Positions 33,476-45,500 of a DNA stretch of 64,000 bases are shown piece by piece. Below the pieces are notes generated by a model, which was given only the letters and a program-made list of their open reading frames with translations, had not been told where the DNA came from and did no database searches. Each line of letters starts with the position of its first letter. Within the stretch, counting starts at the first letter, position 1. Origin of the DNA: Naegleria gruberi. Taxonomy: Eukaryota. The position numbers were made by a program, and so were the translations under genes. Where the stretch lies: NCBI GenBank assembly GCA_000004985.1, contig GG738895.1. One strand, 5' to 3'.

Positions 33476-36400
33476 ATGTTGAAACTAAGACAACAACTCA
33501 TCAACACTGTCTTAAATTCACATTCTCCGACAGTGGGATTCAATACCTTGTTGTTTAATCATCAAACAACATCATTGGTAGGATCCACTACAACCTCATA
33601 TCGTGCTATTCATAATAATCGTGGTGGTAATAATAACTTTAGAAACAATGATAATGACAATAACAATAGAGGAGAATTTAAACCAAGATTCAACAAGCAA
33701 TATCGATCATCCGATGATGCTACTTCATCTTCAACAACTAACTTTAACAAGAATAGTGAAAATAGACGAGCACCATCTTCATCAAATAATTATTCATCTA
33801 ACAACAGGGCTTCGGATGGTACCAATGGATTCAAACAAAACCGTTTTGAAAAATCCAACAATAACTACCAAAGATCATCATACGACAATAATACTAGATA
33901 CGAAAACAAGTTTAAAAAGTACGATACTAATAATAACAATAGATTTAAACAACAAGGTGAAAGTCGCTTTGAAAAGTCTGATAATAAGTTTAAAAAGTAT
34001 GATGATAATAATGGTGATAACAACAGATTTAAACAACAAGGTGAAAATAGGGTTGAAAAGTCTGGCACTAACTACCAAAGACCTTCATACAATGGTGATA
34101 ACAACACAAGATATGAAAATAAGTTTAAAAAGTATGATGATAATGGTGATAACAACAGATTTAAACAACAAGGTGAAAATACAAGGTTTGAAAAGTATCA
34201 AAGATCATCCAATGAAGATAGAAATAACAACAATAGCTTTAGAAAGTATGACAGAGAAGAAAGGAGAGAAAGAGAGGAATTTAAGCCAAAATTCAAATCC
34301 ACAGTAGTTCCTTTTGATCAATACAAGAAACAAAACAAGACACAATCAAGTGACAAATTTTCAAGTGAATCATCACGTACTAGATCCAAGTCTCCTTATG
34401 GAACACAATCAAGGAATCAACCAAAATATGAAAGAAAGGAAAGATCCAATCCAATCTATGAATATGATGAAGAGATTGATACCCTTTTTGAAGATAATTT
34501 AACACAAAAATCTAGTAAGGGAAGAGAAAACACTCGATTCAAATCATCTATTGAGAATCATGTTGATTCATATATTAGTGGAAAAGAACAAAAACAACCA
34601 AGAAAACAAACCAAGATGGCCTATATTCCTGCAAATGAAAATGTTAGAAATATGATGAAAAAGGAAATGGACAATGATGATTTTGAAGATGATTTCCAAG
34701 ACCTTACAAGTGTTAAAAAGATTGATATGAAGAACGTCGATAAGGATACCAAGAAGAAACCAAGACAAAGAGAAATTAAAGATCCAATGAGTGATGATTT
34801 GAAATGGATTGATGAAGATGAATACATGGCCATTCGTCAAAAGGGAATGAAAAAGATCATGAACAGTAGAAATGATTCACTTTCTAAAGCCTCTTCTCAC
34901 ATCTTATCCCAATCTAGAAATAATGTCACAAAACCACTAAATGTTCCAAGCAATGTCACCTTTGTTATGGATGATTCCAGAAGTTTAACAAGAAACCAAC
35001 CAACAGAAGAAGAAATTGAGGATGATGATGAAGATGTAGTTTTCTATGGAGATGAAGACTTTGAAGAAGATGAAGATTTTGATTTTGAAGAGGATATGGA
35101 AGAAGAGGAAGAAGAAAAACCAAAAAAGAAGGGTTCAAAAAAAGTGAAAAAGGAGCAGGAAGAAGCTCCAAAAATTGATATTCTTCCAGATGCCATGGTT
35201 GGCAAGTATTTGAAACAAATACAAAAAGAAAAGATGTCAAAGAATAGAGAATTTAAGTCTTTGCCTGTTGTGAATGGAGTTGTAAAGGAAATTTTCTCTT
35301 GTGGGTTAGCATCGAAAAGAAGTTTGAAACAAGCTGAGTATCTTCAATACTTTACCAGTGATGAAGTTTCTAAAACTGATGAGGAAGCTCAATCTAGAAA
35401 TGCAATGGCTAACATGTTGGGCGGAAATAGGGTGATTGAAGCACAATTGAAGCGTCAACAAGTTGCCAGAAAGACAAACAAAACTAGTCTTGTCTACAAT
35501 CAACCAGAACTCAGAGCTGACTTGCAAGTGAAAGATGATGTTGTCAATTGGGTATTTAAAAATTACAAGATGAAATATATTGGTTCGATTGGACTTTCTA
35601 AGAAGGATGAAGAATTGCTTGCTAAGGAACTAGAACAAGAAATGCAAGAAGAAAATGAAGAAGAAAATGAAAAAGAAATTCAAGAAAAACAAGAAGAAAA
35701 CCAAGAAGAAAATGAGAATCAACGTCTAGATATTGACAAATTATCAAAGGAAGAGCTGGATGAAATTTTGGAGAAGGAAGAAAATCTCTATGACTTCTAC
35801 CGAAGAAATTTTGAGGATCAAGAAGAAGAGGAAGAAACCCAAGTAGAAAAGAAAGAAAAGAATGAAAAAGAAGAGCCTGAAACCTTGGTTAGAAAGCTCT
35901 ATGATATTTCTAGAATGCTTGAGAAATGCAAAGGAATTCCACAAGTGGCATTTGCAGGAAGATCAAATGTTGGTAAATCATCAATTATCAATGCAATTAC
36001 TGGTAGAAATAACCTCAAAGCATCTGAAAAACCTGGTCAAACAAAGGATTTGAATTTCCACAGATTTGGAAAACACTTTTGTCTGGTAGACATGCCTGGT
36101 TATGGTTTTGCCTTCACCAAGGACAGTTCTGTTACTCAAAAATGGTTGGATCTCATCAGAAATTATTTTGTACAAAGTAGTACTGATCTTAAGGTTGTCT
36201 TTTTATTGATTGATTCGCGTCTAGGACTTAAGAGAAAAGATATGGACATGATTTCATTCTTGGAAGAGAATAATGTTCCATACCAAATTGTTTTCACAAA
36301 ATGTGATTTGATGTATGTTGACGATTTGGCAAGAATGGCATTCAAAACATTCAAGATTGATCCACTCACAAAAGGCATGACATTCAAAAATCATATCAAG

Positions 36401-36556
36401 GATGAGGAAACAGGCGACTTTAGAATGGTTTTCGTGAGTTCCAGATCCAAGACAGGAGTTGCAAGATTAAAGGAGGATATCGTGCTAAGACATGCTAAAT
36501 TCGATGTTGAATCATGGAAAAAGAATGTTAAGAAGAATGTTGTACTATTTGTGTAG
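33476..36556 (+). CDS. EngB/YihA-type GTPase (GTPBP8-like) fused to an ~800-aa low-complexity N-terminal extension
   Basis: The C-terminal 200 aa carry G1 AGRSNVGKSS, G3 DMPGYG and G4 TKCD in EngB order. The N-terminus has a presequence-like start, N/D/K-rich tandem repeats and acidic E/D tracts. Confidence 0.75.
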   Translation: MLKLRQQLINTVLNSHSPTVGFNTLLFNHQTTSLVGSTTTSYRAIHNNRGGNNNFRNNDNDNNNRGEFKPRFNKQYRSSDDATSSSTTNFNKNSENRRAPSSSNNYSSNNRASDGTNGFKQNRFEKSNNNYQRSSYDNNTRYENKFKKYDTNNNNRFKQQGESRFEKSDNKFKKYDDNNGDNNRFKQQGENRVEKSGTNYQRPSYNGDNNTRYENKFKKYDDNGDNNRFKQQGENTRFEKYQRSSNEDRNNNNSFRKYDREERREREEFKPKFKSTVVPFDQYKKQNKTQSSDKFSSESSRTRSKSPYGTQSRNQPKYERKERSNPIYEYDEEIDTLFEDNLTQKSSKGRENTRFKSSIENHVDSYISGKEQKQPRKQTKMAYIPANENVRNMMKKEMDNDDFEDDFQDLTSVKKIDMKNVDKDTKKKPRQREIKDPMSDDLKWIDEDEYMAIRQKGMKKIMNSRNDSLSKASSHILSQSRNNVTKPLNVPSNVTFVMDDSRSLTRNQPTEEEIEDDDEDVVFYGDEDFEEDEDFDFEEDMEEEEEEKPKKKGSKKVKKEQEEAPKIDILPDAMVGKYLKQIQKEKMSKNREFKSLPVVNGVVKEIFSCGLASKRSLKQAEYLQYFTSDEVSKTDEEAQSRNAMANMLGGNRVIEAQLKRQQVARKTNKTSLVYNQPELRADLQVKDDVVNWVFKNYKMKYIGSIGLSKKDEELLAKELEQEMQEENEEENEKEIQEKQEENQEENENQRLDIDKLSKEELDEILEKEENLYDFYRRNFEDQEEEEETQVEKKEKNEKEEPETLVRKLYDISRMLEKCKGIPQVAFAGRSNVGKSSIINAITGRNNLKASEKPGQTKDLNFHRFGKHFCLVDMPGYGFAFTKDSSVTQKWLDLIRNYFVQSSTDLKVVFLLIDSRLGLKRKDMDMISFLEENNVPYQIVFTKCDLMYVDDLARMAFKTFKIDPLTKGMTFKNHIKDEETGDFRMVFVSSRSKTGVARLKEDIVLRHAKFDVESWKKNVKKNVVLFV
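33900..34205 (+). repeat. In-frame tandem repeat (about 3 copies of a ~90-105 nt unit encoding NKFKKYDDNGDNNRFKQQGEN...)
   Basis: Directly visible repeated DNA and protein units inside the EngB-like ORF. Confidence 0.5.
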
Positions 36557-36604
36557 ATAAACAACGTATATTCTATATATTTGATTCCAATAAAATTGAA
36601 AAAA

Positions 36605-37417
36605 ATGGAAACAAGTGTAATTTATTGTGAAAGTCATGATGAAAATGTTATAGTTTCTCTCATTGATTTCCGAATAATATTGGAAGATCAAACAGTTGAA
36701 GAGAATTTGATCAACATGTGTAAGAAGCAAATGCAATCTCCACGACCAAAATATAATATGAAACAAATAGAAAAGTATGAAGATTTAGAGTTGGCAAGTT
36801 TGGAATTATTGAGAGGAATTTATGAGTATGGATTTACAAAATTACCAGACCTTCACAAAAAATGTATCATGCCAATTATTTCATCAGAACCTCCAATTGA
36901 TGTTGTAGTTAATGCTTACTGTGGTACTTCTAAAACTGCTGCCTATGCTATTTCTATTTTAAATAGAATCTATCCAATAGATGATTCTACTTATTCGAAA
37001 GGATGTCCACAAGCACTCATTTTAGTTTCAACCAGAGAGTTGGCAAAAAGTGTGTCTTATTTAATTAAGAGTATAGGTCGAGGTTTGAATGTAAGTGCCT
37101 TTCCATTAATTGGAGGCACAAAGACTACAGAAATGATTGAAAATTTAAATGAAATTCATCATGTCATTGTTGGAACACCTGGTACAACATGGAATGCAAT
37201 TGTGAGGGGCTATCTGAATGTTAAATATTTAAAAATACTAATTATCGATGAATTTGAATATATTTTGGATGGAGGATTCAAGGATTGTGTTGAGGAAATA
37301 TTGAACTCGGTTAGAAAAATTAATCTTCAAATATGTTTATTTTCTCAAGATTTTAAGGAAGAACGGGTAATGAATTTCATTGAAAAAGAATTGAGAAATC
37401 CTGTAAAAATAGTCTAA
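36605..37417 (+). CDS. Degenerate DEAD-box helicase N-terminal (RecA1) domain-only protein
   Basis: eIF4A-like fold, but motif I is AYCGTSKT (not AQSGTGKT), motif II is DEFE (not DEAD), motif III is FSQD (not SAT). Motif Ia STRELA and GG are retained. There is no helicase C-domain, and the AT-rich region downstream to the next gene at 37731 has no ORF. Confidence 0.55.
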   Translation: METSVIYCESHDENVIVSLIDFRIILEDQTVEENLINMCKKQMQSPRPKYNMKQIEKYEDLELASLELLRGIYEYGFTKLPDLHKKCIMPIISSEPPIDVVVNAYCGTSKTAAYAISILNRIYPIDDSTYSKGCPQALILVSTRELAKSVSYLIKSIGRGLNVSAFPLIGGTKTTEMIENLNEIHHVIVGTPGTTWNAIVRGYLNVKYLKILIIDEFEYILDGGFKDCVEEILNSVRKINLQICLFSQDFKEERVMNFIEKELRNPVKIV

Positions 37418-37730
37418 TGTGTGGACTAATACGAAATAATTGCATGAAAATTCCGTAATTTTAATCATTGTAATAAAGTTAAAACTCAATACTGTTTTTG
37501 TTGATTTAATATTTAATTTAGTATTGTTGTAAACAATATTCGAATCTCTCTATTCAACAATGAGTGTTACTTTGTGATAGTTCAAATAGCACTTCAAAGG
37601 CAATACGAAACAATAGTTTACAAGATTTCCATAACTAATAATTGGCTTCCAGTGTGGAATATATAATATTTGGTCTCTTCATCTTGTGTCAAGTCGAAAC
37701 TTGTGAAAAAAAAACGAAACATATCACACA

Positions 37731-39461
37731 ATGGTTCTCTTAACCATTTCACTTCTTCTCATCATTCTTGCACCACTCTCTTGGTTCATCTATGATAAGC
37801 TCTACAAACCATACTTGGACTGTCAAGTGCCAATCGAACAAATTGACAGCGTACTAAATGGAAACCAGAAGAAAATTGGAGAAACTGCCATCATTATTGG
37901 TGGATCATTCTCTGGTCTCACAACAGCCATGGTACTAAGTAAATACTATGAAAAAGTCCTCATCATTGATCGTTCCAAAATTATTCCAGACGAATCTATT
38001 GCCAAAAATAGACAAGGTGAACAAGCTCACGTAATTGCCTATCGTTCAATGCTTGTCTGGGAGAAATTATTACCTGGATTCCTAGATGAATTGAAAGAGT
38101 ATCTGAAAAGAAACAAATTAAATCAAATAGTTTATCCTGCAAGTCAAATTAAATATAATTATAAGAATGGTTTGGGAGTTTCGGATCATTTGGATATGAG
38201 AAAGAATCCAATGATTATGGCATCTAGAGGTCAGATTGAAACTATTTTGAGAGATAAAGTTAAGAGAGAATTGAAAAATGTAGAGTTTATTGATGGTTAT
38301 GCAGTTTCGTCTAGTGGAATTAAAGTTGAAACTGTTTCGGATAATTTAAATGGAAAGGTGACTCGTGTTAAATCTGTTACCATTACAAAGGTAGATTCTA
38401 ATGAACAAGATCAAGCCGGCAATTCCAAAACAATTGAATGTAATTTATTGGTCAATTGTGCAGGAGCTAATTCAAGTAATTTGATGAAAAATTTAGAAAA
38501 TGAAATTTCACCAAAAAAGAAAATTCTCACCAAATCATTTATTGATTGCAAGATTGGATATCAAACTATTTTCATGGAACCAAAAGATTCATCCTATGAT
38601 AGTGAAGGTAAAGTTGCCATTTATAGAGAAGAAAAAGAAAGTGAACAGGAAAATAGAAAATTGAATGATCCTTACTATATTGTCTATTATTTATTGTGTT
38701 ATCCAAGTAGAAAGGGTATTCTATTCATGCCATACAGTGATAATACCTTCCTCATCTTGTTAACAACTTACAATGAAAAGATTAACTCAGTTGAGTATGA
38801 AAATGCTAAAGAACAAATTATGGAATTCTGTTCAAGTAATCCAAAGATGGAAAGAGATGCTAAGAATATGCTTGAAAAATTCAAAGATATTCCAACAAAA
38901 ATTGTTCCATTCTTTGAAAAGAGTGGAAGTGAATATATTCACTATGAAGATTTGAAGGGAGTGAGAGATTTCATTGCAGTTGGAGATTCGTGTGGAAGTT
39001 TAAATCCTATTTATGGACAGGGAGTTACAATGGCTGTTGATTCTGCTGTGCTTTTAGATGAAATGATTAAGAATGAATTGAGTAAGAATGATTCATCCCC
39101 ACAACAAGTTTTCAAAGCATCATTCTGCCAGGAATTCCAATCAAGAATTTGTAAATCCTATCTCGTTCCATGGTTGTTGTGTTCAAGTACTGATATGAGG
39201 TTTGATTTTGCCAAGTACACTGATAATCTTTCAATGCAAAAGTTGATTGCTCCAATTTTGGGATGGGCCACAGATAAGATGTTCATGTCTGCCAATGTGT
39301 CATCAGTTTCTAGTTTCCACTTGATGAAACTCTTATTGATGGAAGATGGATTTAGAAAAGAACTTCTCAATTTGCGTTGGCTCTTTGGTTATGTTTTGAG
39401 AAAGGAAGCTATGATTGCAACTTTCTTATCACTTTCTGTCTATATTGCAACATTGTTTTAG
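37731..39461 (+). CDS. FAD-dependent oxidoreductase / monooxygenase family protein with C-terminal hydrophobic segment
   Basis: N-terminal dinucleotide-binding motif AIIIGGSFSGLTTAMVL..IIDR and a GD-type FAD motif IAVGDSCGSLNPIYGQGVTMAV. Specific enzyme not assignable. Confidence 0.6.
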   Translation: MVLLTISLLLIILAPLSWFIYDKLYKPYLDCQVPIEQIDSVLNGNQKKIGETAIIIGGSFSGLTTAMVLSKYYEKVLIIDRSKIIPDESIAKNRQGEQAHVIAYRSMLVWEKLLPGFLDELKEYLKRNKLNQIVYPASQIKYNYKNGLGVSDHLDMRKNPMIMASRGQIETILRDKVKRELKNVEFIDGYAVSSSGIKVETVSDNLNGKVTRVKSVTITKVDSNEQDQAGNSKTIECNLLVNCAGANSSNLMKNLENEISPKKKILTKSFIDCKIGYQTIFMEPKDSSYDSEGKVAIYREEKESEQENRKLNDPYYIVYYLLCYPSRKGILFMPYSDNTFLILLTTYNEKINSVEYENAKEQIMEFCSSNPKMERDAKNMLEKFKDIPTKIVPFFEKSGSEYIHYEDLKGVRDFIAVGDSCGSLNPIYGQGVTMAVDSAVLLDEMIKNELSKNDSSPQQVFKASFCQEFQSRICKSYLVPWLLCSSTDMRFDFAKYTDNLSMQKLIAPILGWATDKMFMSANVSSVSSFHLMKLLLMEDGFRKELLNLRWLFGYVLRKEAMIATFLSLSVYIATLF

Positions 39462-39524
39462 ATAAAATCAAATTCATTTAATTTCTGAAGTTCAAATCTG
39501 GATTTGTTTTAGAATCTTATTAAT

Positions 39525-42500
39525 TTATTTCAAAAATTGTAACTCTGATTCATAAGCCTTTGGTTTGAATCGTTTTGGTAGTTCATTGGTTTTGGTATCC
39601 AATAACTTGGCATTTCCATCAAGTAACATGTTATCAAAGTGGAAAACGTTATCTTCCTTTGTCTTCTTGTTTACAATATCTGTGAATCGGTTAAATTCAA
39701 TCAATGGTTTGGCAATAACAGTTTCCAATCTTGGGGCTTCACCTAGAGCATCAATAATTTCAGAGGCAGAAATACCATTTGAGAAATCTTCAGATAAATG
39801 GCTCAAAACAAATCCAACTTGGTGTTTGGTCATTTCAGGACATACCAAAGTTCTCATTTCTTCTTGCAACAAGCCTTTTTGAACAATACATACGTCAGCA
39901 ACTTGTCTGCACATGACGAAAGCTTCTTCAGAGCTAGAGGTAGATTGTCTCAAACTGTGAATAATACCTTTAGAGTTGAACCAGTTCTCAATGAATGGCA
40001 ATCTCATCTTGATTTGAATAGCAGCATTTGTGTTCATCTTGTTTTGCAAGAAGTGGTTAAAGCATACAGCGTCAAGACCAGCAGCCAAATATTCAAAGAA
40101 ATGGTTGGAAATTCTCAAATCCACGTTATTGTTATCAAATTTGGATTTAAGTTCTGATAAACTTGCAAGAACAAATTTGATATCAGCTCCAGATTCTATT
40201 TCATATTGCTTTTCAGCAAAGAGAGCTCTAATCAACTTTTCTCTAACTCTACGAATGTGTTTCATAAGTAAATATGTGTAAGCCTTTCCTAATGTATTAG
40301 CCATTGATGTGAACAAGCTCTCCCAATTGGTAATAATTTCTTCGTTTTCTTCTCCTTCTTCAAGAGGTCTACTGAAAAGTTGTGGCATGTGTGGAGGATC
40401 GAATAGTGTTTCTTCTCCAGAAGCAGTGGTCTCTCTTGGACTTCTTAATGGACTTCTATTTCTTTGCTTCTCAAAAATAACAGCAGCATCACCAGTAGAA
40501 GTAGGTTTAAGTTGTTTGAGTGCCTTTTCAACAAGAGAGGCATTCTCCTTATCGAGTCCATGGAACATGGCAAGTAATCTACAAATTGCATTAATCCAAT
40601 AAATTAATTGATCATCATTGTGGGCATTCTTGTCTACAACATAATCAAGTGCATGAGAAACATTGGTAGCGAAAAGCTTATTTACACTCTTATTCTTTTC
40701 ATCGTTAATCTTCCACTTGTTAAGACATAGGAACAAAATTTTAACAGGAGTTGGAATTCTGCTATTCAAAACTTCAAAGGTTTGCACGTGTAAAATAGCT
40801 GACTCGACAACAAATCTTTGAACATCTAAAAGTTTGGATTGTTGAATGTAGGTGTCCATCTTTTCTTTAAGAACCTTTGCTTCTTCTTCCATCTTGGCCA
40901 TAGCTTCCTTGAGTACTGTTTCATTTTCACTCTTTTCATTAACTCCATTTTGCAAGTTATTAATTTCTTGGTTGCGCTTTTCAATAATCGAATCCAATTC
41001 ATTCATTGTAGTAACTTTTTGTTCCAGTTCTTGAGATTTTTCTGATAACTCTTGCTCCTTGGATTGAATGTTGTTAACAAGATTTTGTAAATCTTTTTCT
41101 CTAGTTTCAAGTTCTGTCTTTAGAGTTTGAATTTGCTCCTCTTGTTCAGTGACAGCTTGTGATTTTTGTACAAGTTCTTCATCAAGTTTGCTGAGTTTTT
41201 GTTCAAGTAATTCTGCTTCGGCTTGCTTTTCTTGAATCTTGTTATGAGCGTCTTGGAGTTGATTATTGAGATCAGATATTTCCTTTCCTTGTTGTTCAGT
41301 ACTTTCCAAAAGAGTACCTCTTTCTTGTTCGAGATCTCTCTTTTCTTTTTCAAGCTTTTCTAACTTTTCATCCATTTCATATTTCAATCTATTGAGAGCA
41401 TCTTCACTATTGACTTGAAGTCCCAAAAGTTCTCTGAGTTCATCTTGCTTGTTCTTCAACTCTTCGTCCTTTGATGAAATGATTCTGTCTTTTTCAGAAA
41501 TAGTTTTTTCGAAATCAGCAAGTTTTTCATGCAAACTCTCAAATTGCTTATTGAGGAATGATTGTTTGGCTTCTTCAGCGCTAGATGATTCTTCATTATT
41601 ATTGACTAAAGTACCGATCTTTGAGATGATATCTGCAATATTCTTGTTGTACTGTTCTTCTTTTTCTTCAATAACTTTGTTAAGACCTTGGGCCTTTTCG
41701 TCTTGCTCCTTTACTTGTTGTTGCAATTTTTCAACCACTAAATTGCTAGCATCCAACTCAGTGGTTACTCTTTCTTGCTTTTCTTTCAGGGTTTCAATTC
41801 TATTTTCCAGAGAAAGAACAATCTCCTTTGATTTAAATAGATCATTGATAGCTTCATCACGTTCTTGGATGGTTGTGGCCAATTGATTAGATTGTTCTGC
41901 GGAGGCATTCTTGAGTTTAGAAATTTCCTCTTCCAGTTGTTCAATACTTGCTTCTCTTTCGCTCAAAGATGCTTCAGCTCTATACTTGTCTTGGGTTACT
42001 TCGTTGAGTTGAGCTTTAGTAGTGTTGAGGTCATTATTGAGAGAATCAATTTGTTCATTCAAAGACTTAATATCCTTTTCTAAGGAGTCCGATTCTTCTT
42101 TTGCGGATACAAGTTTAGTCTCCAGAGATTCTTTTTCTTGAGTAAGACTTGAAATAATCTCTTCCTTGTGAGAGACTGACTTTGACAACAACATATTTTG
42201 GTGTTGATTGTCAGTAACATCATCTTCAAGTTTGGAGATTGATTCTCTGAGTTGAGCAATAATGATACCGAGATCCTTCTTCTCAACTTCAGCATTTTGA
42301 AGAATTTCAATCTTTTCTGATTCTAATTTTTCAAGTTTTTCAAGAGTTGAATCTTTTTCTTTGGTGATATCTTCAGCCAATTTTTTACTGGTGGCCAGTT
42401 GTTCACCAATTTCCTCCTTTGCTCTTCTTGTTTGTTTCAACTGTTCAGCAATTTCATCTTTCTCTTGATTGGCAATTTTGAGTGATTCTTGTGCCTTGTT

Positions 42501-45500
42501 CAATTCTTGGAGGAGCTTGTTGCCCATTTCTTCCTTTTCATTGATACTGGCCTCAAGAAGAGATTGTTTTTCTTTTTCTAAACTTTCAATCTTTGATTCA
42601 AGATCGATGATTTGACCCTTGTATTGTTCTCCATCTTCATTGGCATTCTTTAACTCTTGTTGAAGACTCTTGATGGTTTCTTCAAGTTGAGATTTTTGAC
42701 TTTCCAATTGGGTAACCTTGTTGCCCATAACTTCCTTTTCATTAAAGCTAGTTTCAAGAAGAGATTGTTTTTCCTTTTCCAAATTTTCAATCTTTGATTG
42801 AAGTTCAGTGATTTGACCCTTGTATTGTTCTCCATCTTCTTTGGCATTCTTGAGTTCTTGTTGGAGACTCTTGATAGTTTCTTCAAGTTGAGATTTTTGG
42901 GTATGAAGATCTGAATTGTCTTTCTCTATTCTAGAGATATTTTCATCCTTTAGGGAAATAATGTGCAACATTTCATCCTTTTGAGAGAGGGTAGAGTCAA
43001 GAAGTGATTGTTTTTCTTTTTCTAAGACTGCAATCTTCTTGTTAAGATCTGAAATTTGGCCTTTGTATTCCTCTCCATCTTCCTTGACTTTGTTAAGCTC
43101 GTCTTGAAGATTTTCAATCAATGTTTCAAGTTGAGCCTTTTGCTCATCTACTTGTTCTTTGTCTTTTTGGACCCTTTCGACCACTTGTTGTATGGTTTCA
43201 ACTTTTTGGTTTAATTCTTGAACCTTATTTTCAGCCAATAAGTGTTTCTTTTGGAGTTCTTCCAATTCTGAGGAGCTTGTTCTTAATTTCTTGGTAAATT
43301 CAAGAATTTCTAAGTCAGCTTTTTCTTTCTCTTGTTCCAATGATTCAAGCTCTTGTTCGAGCTCGTTACGTTCAGTCTTAATACCCTCTAGTTCCTTACC
43401 AAGTGATTCATACTTTTCGGAGAGTTCTGAATGTCTTGTTTGCAAAGATTCGAACCTGGACACTTGTGATGCAATTTCTTCAACTTTTTCCTTAATTTGA
43501 TTCAACAGGTCTTCCTTTTCTTCTGAATGAGCAGTTTCAAGATTCTTCTTTTCGGTCTCCAAGCTTTCTAATTGAATAATGACACCAGATAGTTTTTCGA
43601 CAGTGACATCCTTTTCTTCTCTCTCGGTAGCCAATGCAGACTTTGTAACTGATATTTCAGCCTTTAAACGCTCAATCTCTTTTTCTAATTCATCCTTAGC
43701 TGAAGCTTGTATTTCTATTTCTCTCTTCAAGCTTTTGATTTCCTCCTCATTTTGTTGGAGAAGTTTCAAAAGCTCTTCTTGTTTGCTCTTGAGTTCAATT
43801 TCCTTGTCATGTATGGCTGAGTCCTTTTCAGTAAGGAATGATTGGATAGCGATCAGTTGTTCTTTGAGATTGATGATTTCATTAGTGAGGCCATCCTTTT
43901 GATTAATTAAAAGTTCAATAACACTATCAGCAGAGTCACTATCTGTGCCAACAATCTTTGAAAGCTTACTGACCAAAGAGGTAATTTCATTCTTGTACTT
44001 AGCTTCTTGTTCAGAAAGGTTGGTGTTGAGTGTATCGATATTCTCCTCCTTGTTTTGAAGTTCAGACTTGAGGGCTTCAATTTGCTTCTTGCTTGCCTCA
44101 ACATCTCCATTCAATTCTGCAACTGATGACTCGAGCTTGGCAATAGAAGATTCCATTTCCACTATCTTGTCTTGCTTTTCTCTAATGCTTTGGACTTGCT
44201 CTTCAACTTGAGATTCTAATCCTTGTATGAGTTCTTGTTTGGCATTGATGTCAGATAAATGTTTTTCAATGGCGTCTTGCTTTTCTCTGAGAGTATTCAG
44301 GTAAGAATCATTGCTTTGATCAGTTTCGGATCTGAGCAAAGTAATTTGCTCCAACAATCCTTCCTTTTCCCTTTGGAGGGAACCAATATCTTCCTTTGAT
44401 TTTTCTAAATTGGAAATAACTTCGGTAAGCTCCACCTTGATGGAAGCCAATGATTCATCTAGTGTTTTCTTTTCCTCAACCAACTTATCAATAGAATCTT
44501 GTTTTTCATTGACAGATTTAGACAAAATAAGGGATTGATGTTGATTTTCAGTAACATCATCTTCAAGTTTGGAGATTGATTCTCTGAGTTGAGCAATAAT
44601 GATACCGAGATCCTTCTTCTCAACTTCAGCATTTTGAAGAATTTCAATCTTTTCTGATTCTAATTTTTCAAGTTTTTCAAGGGTTTCAGTCTTCTCCTTG
44701 AGTAAACCTTCATTTTCAGTGGAAATTTGGGAAATTTCTTGTTCAAGATCCTCCTTTGCTCTTCTTGTTTGTTTCAACTGTTCAGCAATTTCATCTTTCT
44801 CTTGATTGGCAATTTTGAGTGATTCTTGTGCCTTGTTCAATTCTTGCAAAAGTCTGTTACCAGCTTCTTCCTTTTCATTGATACTGGCCTCAAGAAGAGA
44901 TTGTTTTTCTTTTTCTAAACTTTCAATCTTTGATTCAAGATCGATGATTTGACCCTTGTATTGTTCTCCATCTTCATTGGCATTCTTTAACTCTTGTTGA
45001 AGACTCTTGATAGTTTCTTCAAGTTGAGATTTGTGACTTTCCAATTGCTCCTTGTCTTGTTCAATTCTATTGATACTATCATCCTTTGAGTTGATGATGC
45101 TATTCAATTCTTGAATCTTATTTTCAGCCAATAAGTGTTTCTTTTGGAGTTCTTCCAATTCTGAGGAGCTTGTTCTTAATTTCTTGGTAAATTCAAGAAT
45201 TTCCAAGTCAGCTTTTTCTTTTTCTTGCTCCAAGGATTCAAGCTCTTGTTCGAGCTCGCTACGAGCATTCTTGATATTCTCCAATTCCGTTTCAAGAGCA
45301 CTATTTGAAGTTCTAAGCTCATTAATCTCAGTATCTTTGTTTTGCATTTGTTCTAGCATGTTATTGAGCTTGTCTACAGTTGTATCTTTCTCTTCTCTTA
45401 TGGTTCCAAGTTGCTCTCTGAGTTCTGAAATTTCTTGTTTCAACTTTTCAATTTGGTCATCCAGGGTAGTATGGTGGTCGAGGGCTTGGGCGAGTTTTTC

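Noticed and set aside
42080-44647. Repeated, nearly identical sequence blocks that could be mistaken for a CRISPR-like array or transposon copies
   Set aside because: The repeats are in-frame coding duplications within one eukaryotic exon. There are no spacers of constant length, no terminal inverted repeats and no transposase.
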